Shown here: in pieces, positions 1 to 11,328 of the stretch | Layout: each line of letters starts with the position of its first letter | Position numbering within the stretch: the first letter of the stretch is position 1 | Assembly (NCBI GenBank): GCA_964187785.1 | Contig: OZ076409.1 | Location: 42,782,001 to 42,846,000 of the forward strand | From: Amphiscolops sp. MND2022 | Taxonomy: Eukaryota | Direction of reading: 5' to 3' | Length of the DNA: 64,000 nt | Made by a program: the position numbers and the translations under genes | Notes under the pieces: generated by a model | What the model was told of the DNA's origin: nothing | Seen by the model: only the letters and a program-made list of their open reading frames with translations | Database searches by the model: none

Positions 1-882
1 ATGAATACAGTGAAACTTCTTCCAAGTTAAAATGGCTTCTCAAGGTCGTAAATCCATATAAGGAATAAGATAAAATGACCTTGAAAATAAATAAACTTCC
101 TATAAAATCATGAAATAATTTGTAAAAATGGTAAAGTTTCGAAATAACTAAATAAATGTGGATATTGCTGGCAGACTTCATCCACATAGTAATGTACACT
201 GTAAATAACTGTAAATTTGACACCATATTGTATAGCCACGAACTCCAATTTTGACACTTTGTCACATTGCCGATTCACCTTTCAATTCTTTTACATTCGA
301 ATTATCTCAAATTACTTTCTTCGTATTATCGCCCGTATTTATTCTTCTTTAGTCTTCTAGTCTTTGAATCGTATTTATCCGTACTTTGTCTGAAGTTTCC
401 ATTTATGTTTTCTCCTCGTTACACCTTCTGTGGATTTCTTGGGTCAACCTAGGACAATCGACACTGAGTCCTTTTCGGCAAACCCACCCATATCCAGCAT
501 TCTCTCCCTCTTTCAAGGAAGAATTTCCTCCTCTCGCTCAGTTGCTACCGTACAATCACTATTTCGAATCCAAAATACTTCTTCTCGGCAGATCGACTTC
601 CAGGACTGACAATTCATCCAGCATCCGCAATCTGTACTCAGAACTTTTCTTCTACAATTTAGTCCGCACAGGTCAGTAGCGTTTCAGGGGTTTTCATTTC
701 TATCTTTGGTAATGAACTAATTTGAGAATAGATCAGGGCTCTCATTTCATTCACGTACTTCCTGTCCCGTAACTTAAGCATTCACTTGAGTTCAAATATC
801 TACTTCCGGAAGGTTTTTTAATGCGGCAATGGACTCTTTTTCAGGAAGTTCTCCGCTTGAATTTATCTCTTTCTATTTAGAC

Positions 883-3800
883 ATGTCGTCCGAAGAGCAC
901 AATGAAGTTGTTCCCGCTACCGCTACTGGGACTCTGATAGAAGAAGAAGTTCCACAACAGCCCGAGGAAACAGTCGTCAACCAGACCGCCACCGCAATAA
1001 AGGACGCTGAGTCCAAGCAGCCTGATCCGCCGAAAGACAGCTCATCTAAGACTGGTCCAACCCCCAGCCCTTCCACCGATGAGAGTATCTCTGCGTACAT
1101 TGAGCGTCAGTTGCAGACTCTAGGTTGTCAAGATACTGGACTGGACATCTCTTTCTTGCCTCCTACCACATCTGCCATCGTGGACAATGTGCTAAAGCCA
1201 ACCACTGAGAAAGCTTCGGAGTCGGAGCCAATCCCTCACGTCGCAACCGGGCCGGCAGACAAGGAGTCTCCCGAATTTGAGACTGGCCGAACAATTGACA
1301 TCGTCAGTGAAGCTGAGTTTTCCGTCATCAAGGCGGATTATTTTCAAACAGAAACAAGCGACGTTGAAGAGCTTCTCGATAGTTCTGGAGCTGAGACTGT
1401 CAAACAATCTCCATTCTTACTTACAATAGAGACACAAAGCGCCACCGGGTCCGAGGCCCGTAAGGAGACTGAACAATTGTCCTCAGCAGGGTTGCCAGAC
1501 GTCTCTTCCCCAAAACTTTTTAGTCCTACCAGGCCTCTATCTGCTTCAGCTCGCACTCTCATTTTTCAACATTTCAGCGAGACCAATCCAAGTATCCTTC
1601 CAGTAGGATACGCAACAGTAGCCTTCAATCAAGGACAGGTACATTCCATTTTGCGCGCCGTCTCCACTGAGACCATTACCTCTTCTTTACACCAAATGAA
1701 GAATATACTGGAAGAAGCGATTCGGGTGGGGGTCCGTTTCCAAGGTACCTCACAAGGACCCGGTAAACAGCGGATCAAATGTTTCAGCAAACAGGCTGAC
1801 AGCCCTGGACCAGATAGGCAAGATAGCGACATCGGGACTGAGGGGTACACCAGTGGAGCCCTTAGTTCAGAGGATGAGTTTGTCATCAACTCACAAAGGA
1901 CTGGTAAGGAGCTTAACATCATTCATCCCCCAAGTCCTCCTGGCCAGGCTTCGTCCCTGGCGCCTGGGCCGACACCCATGCACCAAGTCCCCAGTCCAGG
2001 TTTCTGCTCAACTGATTATGAGCCGTTGGCCACATTGACCACTGATCAAGCCTCCGCTTCTAGTCCACCCCGCAAACGTCGCCGCCTTCCAGGTCGCACT
2101 GGTACGATAAGGAAGGAGGCTTATTTCAAAGGAATCCAATGGACCCGAACATTCGTCACTGGCCCACTCGACCCGGAGCACAACAAGCATAAGTTCTATT
2201 GTCAAATATGCAAGACGAATATTTCCATTTTCACAAAAGGTGCCCGGGAGATTGTCCGTCATTTCCAGTGTGAATCCCATTTCCGCAAGGGCCAGCGCTG
2301 GAGATATGAACATCTGAAGAAGAAGGATAAGGTGACTGGCCGAATCGTCCATGAGGTCAGGGGGAAGAAGGGCCAACTGCTAACACCTCTGGAACTTGAA
2401 AGAGAGAAACCCCTCTTTATGCAGGCCCCTTTAGTAGAAACTGGATGCAGTTACCCATTTTACGAGGACCATATGACAGGCCTGGGATCCCTTGCTGGGC
2501 AGGAAGAGATCAGACTGTGCGTCCAAATCTCCATGGTTGCACTCTTTGCTCCTCGCTGTGGGGATTTATACACCCTTGAGTTGCTGTGGTCACAGATTGG
2601 CACTGTAACCAATCATCAGAGCCTGTTCTCTCCATACGATTGGGGTTCCTCCACATTGACAGTAAGTATCGTTAGTTCCTAGCCTCAGGGTTCTTCCGTA
2701 CTAGCATAGCCTAGGTATATTTTCATCCGTGTTGATTTGTTTCAGACAATTTTCCATCACATCATTCTCTGTGGAATTACGGACATCGCGTATCATGTCA
2801 GTGTCACGGGCCAATACTCTTTGGAGTTTGAGATGCGAGGCACCTACAGCTTTGTCTCGATTCGTTTCTGGAAGGGCGAATTCCTCAATGTCGTCTGTTT
2901 ACTGCGTTACCGGACTGCTTCAGAGCCTGCTGCCGGTTTCCTGTTGGCACTTTCCCGTCTCCTGTCCGTGTTGTCAACACAGCCCCAAATCGTGAGTGTG
3001 TCTGGATGTCCCGCTAAGCTAATCCCGCTTCTTGAGCGTTCTTGCTTCTTCCAAAAGGGAATTGAGTACCCCTTTCGATTTGATGCACTTTCTTTGCCAG
3101 ACATGATGCACGAACGATGGGGAAGCGTGTTTGGAACCATCAGCTTCTTTTCACAGCTGAAGTTTCTGGTTGCCTTCTTGGACGGCTGGAGTGGACAGCC
3201 CTGGGCCGCCCTAATGCCTGAATTCGTCAAGGTAAGGGTATTGTCTGTTCGACTGTAGGTCCAGGTTTAGACTGCCTCTAATGCACATATTATCTGTAGG
3301 CTATGTCTACCCATCGTGTGGAGATCGCTGCTGTGCCAACCATATGTTCGGAGCTAATAGCGAACTGGAAGTCTGTGCACCAACACTTGACAAAGATTGC
3401 GCCTCCACAAGTTAATCAGGGGGTCAAGAGTAAGCCCCAAAGTCTCGAGTGGGAAATCATATCTGATGATCTCTTCAACATCAAACTGGAATTCTTCGCA
3501 CGAATTGTTCGTGATTGTTAGTATTTTGATCTTTTCTTTCTGTTCTCGGGACACACTGTCTCAGTTTTATTTGCCACTGATTAAGGTTCTTACAAGGTGT
3601 AGCAGATTGACATATTTGGTCCAATGATGTCGTTAGGACCAGGTGGGACAATAATATATTTTGTTTTCCAGACACCAAGAGCTTTCAGAGTCAGTTTGCA
3701 AAACGAAGGGATAGCGGTTTCTACACTTTCCGCGAATTCCATACCTTCATCCGAAAACTCGCTGCCCGGGCTCTTCTCCCCAAACACGTGACTGAGATGC

Positions 3801-4752
3801 TGGACTGGAAGTCGCTATGTGACTTACAAGGACAGGACTGGCGACAGCTGTCAAATCGCGATTTCTTGAGTCGGTTGAAACTCAAAGAGAATCTGGATGC
3901 TGCATGCCTCGCTCGTGTCAAGAAGGTCTACAGTGAGAAACAGCCGTCCCCCGAAGGAATAGAAGCAGCGGTTGAGGCCACACGGGACGATTTCGCCACC
4001 AAGGCTCGAGGTTACCTCGTGCATCTTCTGAAAGTCTTCCTGCAGACATCAGCCTCAATGCTGGTATCGTAAGAGGCTTGGGCAGTTTTGATCCAGTAGC
4101 CCTCCTGAGTCTGCCGCTTGAACAGGCCACATATTGTTTCTCCGCTTTATATCGATCCTTCAGTTTGCGAGGATGGTTGGAGAATTCCCCCGAGGCCGAT
4201 GCCCGAGACGAGTACATTGATTTTGTGGAGCACTTCCGTCAAGCAATTTCTGGAGCCAAGAACACCCCGGAGGTCATCTCCGACATGATTGCCTTTCTGA
4301 TGGACATGCCCGAATTGAAGTTGCGTAAGCATTTGTTCTACATCTTCCAGTTGAGTTGTCTGTGTCTGACTTCTAAATTGCCAGAGCTCCCAGATATCAA
4401 ATTCTCTGGAGTTGACTGAAATGATCCCCGGAGTAGGCTTTTCGATGTCATCATGCCTGCACAGTCCTACCTCGCTAATGTGGCTAATTCAGTAGCTGTT
4501 TGTACTACAGAAGCTTCCCTGGATACTTTCAAGGATTTGGAGTTTCGTTTCAGTAGCGGCAACGTCCCAGGAGATCCTGGGACTCACGTAGACAGTTTCG
4601 GCAAGGCCAATTTGCATAAAACCTTGATCTCAGTTTACAAGGCTCTGGGCAAGAGTGTTCGTCTTGACAACGAGTCCATTTCCGGTTCTTCGTCTAAAGA
4701 AGCAGAACTGAAGCCACAATGTCCTCCGATGGAAACACCCCGGAACTTCTAA
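883..4752 (+). pseudogene. Spliced gene with a BED/C2H2-like zinc finger, probably hAT-transposase-derived; convergent with Gypsy pol; 3' part disrupted
   Basis: Exons 883-2661, 2746-3231, 3300-3516 and 3672-4752 join in frame through GT-AG introns 2662-2745, 3232-3299 and 3517-3671 (phases 0, 0, 1). Motif FYCQICKTNISIFTKGAREIVRHFQCESH is present. There is a frameshift near 4030-4070 and an in-frame TGA at 4417. AATAAA lies at 4928. Confidence 0.75.
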
Positions 4753-4989
4753 ATCTTAAATGTACAAAAATACATTTGTTTCTAGACTGTAATTGTTGTA
4801 AACTGTTTTGTATTTATTTCATCTATTTGTTGGTTTGTTCATGGCCTTGTATTATTCGCCACTGAGTCTTCTTTTCTGTATATAATTATTCCAAGTAGAA
4901 AAATAAGTCGGAAAGGTCCCCAGTAAAAATAAATGTCCAGATGGACTGGTAGTCAAAGTGAAGAAGGGACTATTAATTCAAGTTTCTGG

Positions 4990-5933
4990 CTAGTATCTGT
5001 ATTCTTCAGTGAAGTTGGGGTTGGGGTTAGGTCGAAGATTGTATCTCCCTCCTCTAGGGCTAGCGTTTTCTTCAGAATTTTCTTTTTCCGATATTCCGGG
5101 CACGGTAATATCTGCGCCTCTATTTGAAACATTTCCTGCATCTTGTAAATCATTAGTGACGTCATTTTCATTTTGCGTACTATTAGTCTTTTCATCCCAT
5201 GGGGACGACACGTCTCGGCTATTACGCGATTGCGTTCGCGTTTCGTTCTCGTTGACGTCATCCTCGTTAGAGCGTTCGCTGTGTCCTTCATTCTCGCTTG
5301 CGCTGCCATGTTCATTCTCGATGACGTAATTTTCTACGCTGCCGTCCTCAGTGTCGGTCGGCCGGCGTGTGGCCACGTCGGTCCAATCATCTTTTCTCGG
5401 TTCAAATAATTCGTATTCGAAATCCACTTCCCATGAGATAGTGTACAAGTCGTCCTGTGGTACTACGATCTCATTGTCAGGTTGTAATTTTTCGCCATCA
5501 TATTTGTCCTCTAAGGGGGCATTTGGAGCGAATTTCTTTAGTCTAATACGATGGAGTATTTGCGTTTTATTAGTATTCAATCGACGCAGTAATTGTCATT
5601 GGACAATACTGTCTGAACGACAAAGGGGCCAATCCAGCGGTATTCCCTAAATGGGATTTTTGATGCTTGGTTGTCCGCTTTAGGCTGTAAAACGAAGCAA
5701 TAATCCTTCTCTTTAAGCGGAGCCGCTTTGGCCTTTCGGTCGTAATAGTCTTTGTATTTTCAATAGAACTGCATAATGTTCTTTTTAGTCTGGTCAATAA
5801 GGATTTGTGTCCTCTGTTGTACTTCCTCCGCAAATTCCGTAGTTGGCAAGAAAGTTTTATTGGGGTTATTTCCCACTTTGTGATCTAGGACGTTAAAAGG
5901 AATTCTGCCATGAAAGACTTTACTCGGCTCACA
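4990..5933 (-). pseudogene. Frameshifted integrase C-terminus and acidic tail of pol
   Basis: Integrase-like residues continue after the stop at 5934 (CEPSKVFHGRIP). ORF 4990-5580 has QILHRIRLKKF and ends GRYNLRPNPNPNFTEEYRY. Confidence 0.8.
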
Positions 5934-8900
5934 TCAAATACTGGAGTGGTATGTAGTATTGTAGTTGAGCACGGCCAATGGCAAATATTTATGCCACTGA
6001 TGTCGATATTCCCCTGAGGCCATTTTCAAGTTGGTCTTGAGTGAGGCGTGCGTCCTCTCGAGCTTGCCAATTGTTTGCGGGTGCTTTGTAGTGGCACATT
6101 TGAGTGTTATGCCCAAAATTTGAGTTATCTCAGCTATGATGGTTGATGTAAATGCGGACCCTTTGTCCGTAATAAGAGTTGTCGGTAAATATGAATGTTT
6201 CGTCATAATGTCTATTATTACTTTGGCTACATTTGTGGTTGTCGCCTCAATTAGCGGGTAGGCGAATAGGTATCTTGAAAAAACATCAATAGCTGTCATT
6301 ACTGTTTGGTAGCCGCCACTGGTCGGTAGATTTGGTAACAAATCAATTTGCATGGCGTCTTCAGGCCCGAGGTCCCATTCGGGCAGATTTAGCAATTCCG
6401 GTGTAATAGTATTATTAGGGACTCTTTTGTCTCTGGCACACGTTTCGCAGCCTTTTACCCATTTTTGGACATGTTTAGCTATTCCGGGATAGTAGTATTT
6501 TTGGCGAATTTCTTGTAGCATTTTAGATATGCCTGGGTGTCGGTGTGCCGTGCCATGTATTGCTTGTAGTAATTCTTTCAACAAATGTTTTGGCAGTAGA
6601 ATCTGGTGATATTTGATTTGGCCTGTTTCATCATAGTATTTCCTTGTCACGATTTCGTCTTTGAGGACAATTCGGTCTAGGTTATTCAAATAAAGTCTAT
6701 ACCGAATGTCTTGCTGGAGGATTTCTTCAGAGTATTCCTCATTCTGAATTTTTGCTTTTAATTGAAGCAAGATCGGATCTTTGGATTGTTCTAGCAGTAT
6801 TTGGTTAGTTCTGCGTAGTTTCTGCGTGAAATTAGTAATTTCTTCTACAACGTTTTCAGATATGGCATCAATCTGGATGGCGGTCTGTCCGACCTTGAGT
6901 CCTGTTTTCGACTGCCTTTTTCGTTCCCAAATTTGTTCTTCCGTTTCATTGTCTTCCTCAGTAAAGAATACTTGTTCTTCTTCGAACACACCGGCCGATT
7001 GTACATTGACCTCAATAGGTTGTGTTTCAACGTCCGCACGAATCTTCAGGACTAACTTTTCAGTAGGGTCCATTTCCATACGGGACAGGTAGTCTGCCGC
7101 TGTATTGTTTTTGCCTGGAATGTGAGCTATAGTGAAATTGAACTGAATGACAAAATCACATGCATTCCATAATGGCGGCGGTATGATCTTGGTCTGGAAG
7201 AACCTTGTGACCGATTTGTTGTCTGTAAGGATAATTACCGGTTTGGGTGTCCCCCAGAATATATGTCCGAATTCTTTAAATGTGTAATATATAGCGAGAA
7301 ATTCTTTCGCATATATCGACATTTTGAGTTGGGAAGGAATAAAAGTTTTCGAGCCATACGCAATAGGCGCGTAGGATTTCTTGACTGAAGTGAATTTCTG
7401 GTTTCGGTCGTCTTCAGTGAGTATAGCGTATCCTGCTGCTGTAAAGCTGGCATCTGTCATCAGGACTAGCTGTCGATTCGGCAATGGTTGCCTCAAGGCT
7501 AACTGGCTACATCGATCCAGGTCTCTATTGATTTCGTTAAATTGTTCGATTAACTCGGATGTCACAAAGACCTTCTCGTCCTTCTTGAGTAATTGAAAGA
7601 AGGGTACCAATTTTTCTGAAAGTCTCGGTATGTAGTTTCTGTAGTAATTGAGGAATCCGAGGTATCTTTGCAAGGCCTTTTTGGATTTCGGGAATTTAGT
7701 TTTTTCTAGGAAGTTTGTAATACTTTCCTTTTGAGGCTTGACGCCCTCGGGGATGATTGTTCTTCCCAGAAAGTCTATTTTGGTTGCGCCGAAATGGCAT
7801 TTGTGCATAGTCAATTTTAATCCAGCCCCTCTGATGCATTCAAATGTGGCTCGGAGGTTTTTGATCAAGTGTTCAGCATCATTTGCCGCTATGCCAATAT
7901 CATCGACATATTGCGCACATTGATCAGCCTTGATAACACGGTCCAAGTATTCCCTCATAAAACTGGAGAAGGCCGACAGGGCTCTACTGAGTCCTTGAGC
8001 CAATCTTCTGTAGGCAAAGGTTCTGCTGGCAAAATTGAAGGCCAGCATTTCAATAGACCTTTGGTCTGCCATTTGAAGGCAGTGATATGCCTGTGAGCAA
8101 TCGAGGTTGCAAAAAAGCTTCTTCCCGGCCATATGTTGCGCAGCATCCGTCAAGGTACTAAGTGGGTGGTTATTAATAATATAATCATCGGAGATCAAAT
8201 TGTTGATCTTCCTAAGGTCTACTAATAACCGAAGCTTCCCATTGGGCTTCTTTTGCGCAAAAATAGGACTGGCGTATTTTGAGAATGGTAATGTGGTTAT
8301 GATACCGTATTTGTGGAGTAACGCCAACTCAACCAGGATATCCTCTTTTAAATTGATGGGAGTCGGTAAGCTTTGGCTATAGGCAGGTGAGTCGTCCTTC
8401 GGGGTCAGATTGACCGTGAACTCCTCGTTCATCCCAATATCAAACCTATGGCGGGCGAATATGTCGTGAAATTCCACTAAGAGAGCTTCTATTTGTTTGA
8501 TTTCATGCTGCTGTAGCATTGAGTCTTTCCAGTCGAAATTACTGAGGAACTTTTGCCGAGATTCGTCATCTTCTTGAGGGTTGAGGCTTTCTGCTTCTTG
8601 CAAATCTCGCAGTTCTCTGAGTATTCGTTTTTGTATTGGCGTGTGGGACGCTTCGTCCCCCGGATTCTCAGGAGTTGGGAACCAATATTGTTCGTATTGG
8701 TCGTTGTTCCTGTTGGCTTTCAGAAGGCTGCTAATATAGTGAACAGCGTCTTCTTCGTTTTCATTGAGTAGGTGCCAGGTGGACACTGGGTCTATTGGCC
8801 TGACGTGTTTCATCTGCTCGGGCGTCATTACTGAAAAGTTGGCTATATGCATTCCCTTTTTAAGTTTGTAGGGTTGATCAGTGAAATTATTGACGTGTAT

Positions 8901-10487
8901 CCTTGTGGTTCCTTCATCCAGCGTGATTATAGCAGCGCAGAATGTTATGTCGTTTTCTTCATTTAGGGGTTCACTGGGCTGTAAGATCCCAGTTACAGCA
9001 TTTTCTGCGTAAATTCTGGATTGGATTGAGATAATTGTGCGGTCATTTGGTGGAATTGTTACATCCTCAGGGTTGAGGATGGGTTCCATGACGTTCGAGT
9101 ATTTGTGGTCAGCCGTTTTTAATTGCATTGAGAAAAAAGGAAAATTTAGTATTCCTTGGCGCATGTCTAGGACTGTATGGTTTCTTTGTAAGAAAATAAG
9201 TCCAATTATAGGGCTGGATAGTTTTTCCATTACAATGAAGATTTCATAAAACTCAATGTCCCCCACTTCAAATTTCAATTCTACGGTACTTTTAGGAGTC
9301 TCTAGGTCGCCATTTGCAACCATTATTTGGAAAGATGGGGCAGGTCCCTCTTTGACAATGGATTGAGGCGCTAGTAGCCGTATTTTCCTGAGGTCCGCTT
9401 CTGGTATTGCACTGGAGTGAGCCCCAGTGTCTATTAGTCCATCTAGCGTTAATTCTCCAAAGTCCATTGGAAAGTATAACATCCGCCTTTTGATTTTAAC
9501 TCCAAGGTTTGTGGAAAGGGGAATATATGGCGTCTCGCCTTGTTTTTCCACTAAAATATGCAGGAAGGCTGTTTCGTCCAAAAGGCTGTTGAGGCCTTGG
9601 TAGTCTTCCTGGTGTTGCAGTTCCTCTATTTCTTCTATAAGTGCTTCAGAATTTGGCTGCCAGAGTTCAATGAGGGCCCTAGAGAATTTGGTGTCCTCTA
9701 TCTGGGGATCGTCCTCATCGTCCGTTGATGGATAGTCGTCACGTCTGAATTGCAGGTTTTGTCTATCATATAGTTCGTCGTCCCAATACGGGTCTTTGCC
9801 GTACTCAGGATCAGGGTACTGAGGGTGATAATCTTCGATCAAGGGTAAAGGTCGGAATTGAGTCTCGAAGTCCTTAGTATAGTCAGTTTCGTAAAATCGG
9901 TCTGGGCGATCATTATGTACTATTTTATAAGTTCGAATATAGGCTTTTTCCATTTGTTGCTGCCAGACAACGGTGGGAGTACCTTTTGTATCCTCAGTTT
10001 TTTTACTGTAATTGATCATCGTGTGGAACAAGTCCTCGAAGAGCTCAAATTTTTCGCTTTTCCCGTCGAATGTCATTGGCGTTGTTTGGACAGGTCTAAT
10101 GGTCATATTGTGAGGTTTGTTTTGTAAATTGACTAATACATCAGCGAATCTATTAAGCGGGTCCTGAGATGTCTCTGGGTCCTCGAGGTCCGGGGCTGGC
10201 AGAGTCGCATCCAGAGAGACATTGTGGTTAGATTGTTGCCTCTCCAGGTTGGGGATTGAGTGGATTCGTCCGGTCAGAAATTCAGGGATTTGCTGTTGGG
10301 TGTCAATAGCTCCTGTCACCATGTAAGAACTTTGACCCGTGGTCTCTCTTAGATCACCAACAGATCGCGAATCCTTCTTTGTAATCTTTATTTTAGGCCC
10401 AGATGCGCTTTCCCTATTTTCCTGACTGCTAGGGGACGAACTGGCCTCAGTGTCCCTGTGCCCCCGTAGAGGACATTGAGTTAGCAA
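5934..10487 (-). CDS. pol: Gypsy gag(partial)-pol polyprotein: aspartic protease, RT, RNase H, integrase
   Basis: Protease LIDTGAHSSAI; RT LRLLVDLRKIN, LDCSQAYH, YVDD; RNase H TDAS...TDNK...ADYLSR; integrase HHCC (H..HPG...CETC) and DDE core (QIDL, TDKGSAF, GKLER). Ends at a premature TGA inside the integrase. Confidence 0.95.
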   Translation of the reverse strand: MLTQCPLRGHRDTEASSSPSSQENRESASGPKIKITKKDSRSVGDLRETTGQSSYMVTGAIDTQQQIPEFLTGRIHSIPNLERQQSNHNVSLDATLPAPDLEDPETSQDPLNRFADVLVNLQNKPHNMTIRPVQTTPMTFDGKSEKFELFEDLFHTMINYSKKTEDTKGTPTVVWQQQMEKAYIRTYKIVHNDRPDRFYETDYTKDFETQFRPLPLIEDYHPQYPDPEYGKDPYWDDELYDRQNLQFRRDDYPSTDDEDDPQIEDTKFSRALIELWQPNSEALIEEIEELQHQEDYQGLNSLLDETAFLHILVEKQGETPYIPLSTNLGVKIKRRMLYFPMDFGELTLDGLIDTGAHSSAIPEADLRKIRLLAPQSIVKEGPAPSFQIMVANGDLETPKSTVELKFEVGDIEFYEIFIVMEKLSSPIIGLIFLQRNHTVLDMRQGILNFPFFSMQLKTADHKYSNVMEPILNPEDVTIPPNDRTIISIQSRIYAENAVTGILQPSEPLNEENDITFCAAIITLDEGTTRIHVNNFTDQPYKLKKGMHIANFSVMTPEQMKHVRPIDPVSTWHLLNENEEDAVHYISSLLKANRNNDQYEQYWFPTPENPGDEASHTPIQKRILRELRDLQEAESLNPQEDDESRQKFLSNFDWKDSMLQQHEIKQIEALLVEFHDIFARHRFDIGMNEEFTVNLTPKDDSPAYSQSLPTPINLKEDILVELALLHKYGIITTLPFSKYASPIFAQKKPNGKLRLLVDLRKINNLISDDYIINNHPLSTLTDAAQHMAGKKLFCNLDCSQAYHCLQMADQRSIEMLAFNFASRTFAYRRLAQGLSRALSAFSSFMREYLDRVIKADQCAQYVDDIGIAANDAEHLIKNLRATFECIRGAGLKLTMHKCHFGATKIDFLGRTIIPEGVKPQKESITNFLEKTKFPKSKKALQRYLGFLNYYRNYIPRLSEKLVPFFQLLKKDEKVFVTSELIEQFNEINRDLDRCSQLALRQPLPNRQLVLMTDASFTAAGYAILTEDDRNQKFTSVKKSYAPIAYGSKTFIPSQLKMSIYAKEFLAIYYTFKEFGHIFWGTPKPVIILTDNKSVTRFFQTKIIPPPLWNACDFVIQFNFTIAHIPGKNNTAADYLSRMEMDPTEKLVLKIRADVETQPIEVNVQSAGVFEEEQVFFTEEDNETEEQIWERKRQSKTGLKVGQTAIQIDAISENVVEEITNFTQKLRRTNQILLEQSKDPILLQLKAKIQNEEYSEEILQQDIRYRLYLNNLDRIVLKDEIVTRKYYDETGQIKYHQILLPKHLLKELLQAIHGTAHRHPGISKMLQEIRQKYYYPGIAKHVQKWVKGCETCARDKRVPNNTITPELLNLPEWDLGPEDAMQIDLLPNLPTSGGYQTVMTAIDVFSRYLFAYPLIEATTTNVAKVIIDIMTKHSYLPTTLITDKGSAFTSTIIAEITQILGITLKCATTKHPQTIGKLERTHASLKTNLKMASGEYRHQWHKYLPLAVLNYNTTYHSSI

Positions 10488-10872
10488 TATTTTGAATCTC
10501 TGGGATGACTCTTTCAGCTATTGCCGCCGTAATGGCTCTATTTATCTGACTATGCATCATTGACATCATTGAATCCATTTCCTGGGATAGTCTAAGGTTA
10601 AATTCGTTTGAGAAAGTTTCAAATGACTGCCTAACCTCGTTTTGTCTCAATAAGTCATTTTCGTGTAAATAATTTCCAAATTCATTCCCATGGTACGCGT
10701 TTGTATCAGTGTCCCCGTGGGCCGATGATAGATCTATGGCGTCAGTTAATTCTCTCTCTAAGGGGTTATTATTTTCACTCCCTAACATCACGTCTAAGTT
10801 TTCAAAGTCAGACATCATGTCCATTTCTCTAGATTTCCTGGCTTTTGCCTTTTGTCTTCTTGTGGAAGGCAT
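10447..10872 (-). CDS. N-terminal part of the Gypsy ORF1 (helical/coiled-coil-like), separated from the long ORF by a 1-nt frameshift
   Basis: 141-aa ATG-initiated ORF overlapping the pol ORF. Removing one G from the G-run near 10461-10465 would fuse ...SMSSTG to HRDTEASS... Confidence 0.7.
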   Translation of the reverse strand: MPSTRRQKAKARKSREMDMMSDFENLDVMLGSENNNPLERELTDAIDLSSAHGDTDTNAYHGNEFGNYLHENDLLRQNEVRQSFETFSNEFNLRLSQEMDSMMSMMHSQINRAITAAIAERVIPEIQNIANSMSSTGAQGH

Positions 10873-11328
10873 AAGAAATGTTACAAGGTAAAGATGTCAA
10901 TTATATTCTAACTTGCAAATATAGTGTTATATTACAGTAACAAGTAACTTTAACATGTAGCTTCTTCACAACTACGGGTATATATATTGAAAACTACATG
11001 ACAGTCAGAATATGAATTGTCATATTCTAAAATTAGCCTTAAGGGCTTTCTAAGAATAGTAACATTCTAAAAATAGCAACAAAGAGCTATTGACGTCATT
11101 ATGATGTGAGTGACTTCAAAGGAGATTTCCCGACAGGTAGCACGTTGGCGGGAAGCCCTTGTGTCTAAAAGTCATATTAACAGCATACATATACATAAGC
11201 AAATTACATGCATTCAACCATCTTACATGAGATTTGTTAATAGCACGCAACATTTCATTACCATGCGGTCTTTCGATACTACGTACCCATTTCATGAAAA
11301 ATTAAAGCTTTTCTAAGCTCTGAGTAAT

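Noticed and set aside
829..882. N-terminal extension MDSFSGSSPLEF of the 617-aa ORF
   Set aside because: Probably intronic: a pyrimidine tract and AG at 879-880 immediately precede the ATG at 883.
5931..5936. Stop-codon readthrough or selenocysteine at in-frame TGA (also at 4417)
   Set aside because: Nearby frameshifts show ordinary decay, and the stop interrupts the integrase where Gly is expected.
10447..10487. Programmed ribosomal frameshift between ORF1 and pol
   Set aside because: No canonical slippery heptamer. One extra G in a homopolymer run explains the shift, and the copy has other lesions.
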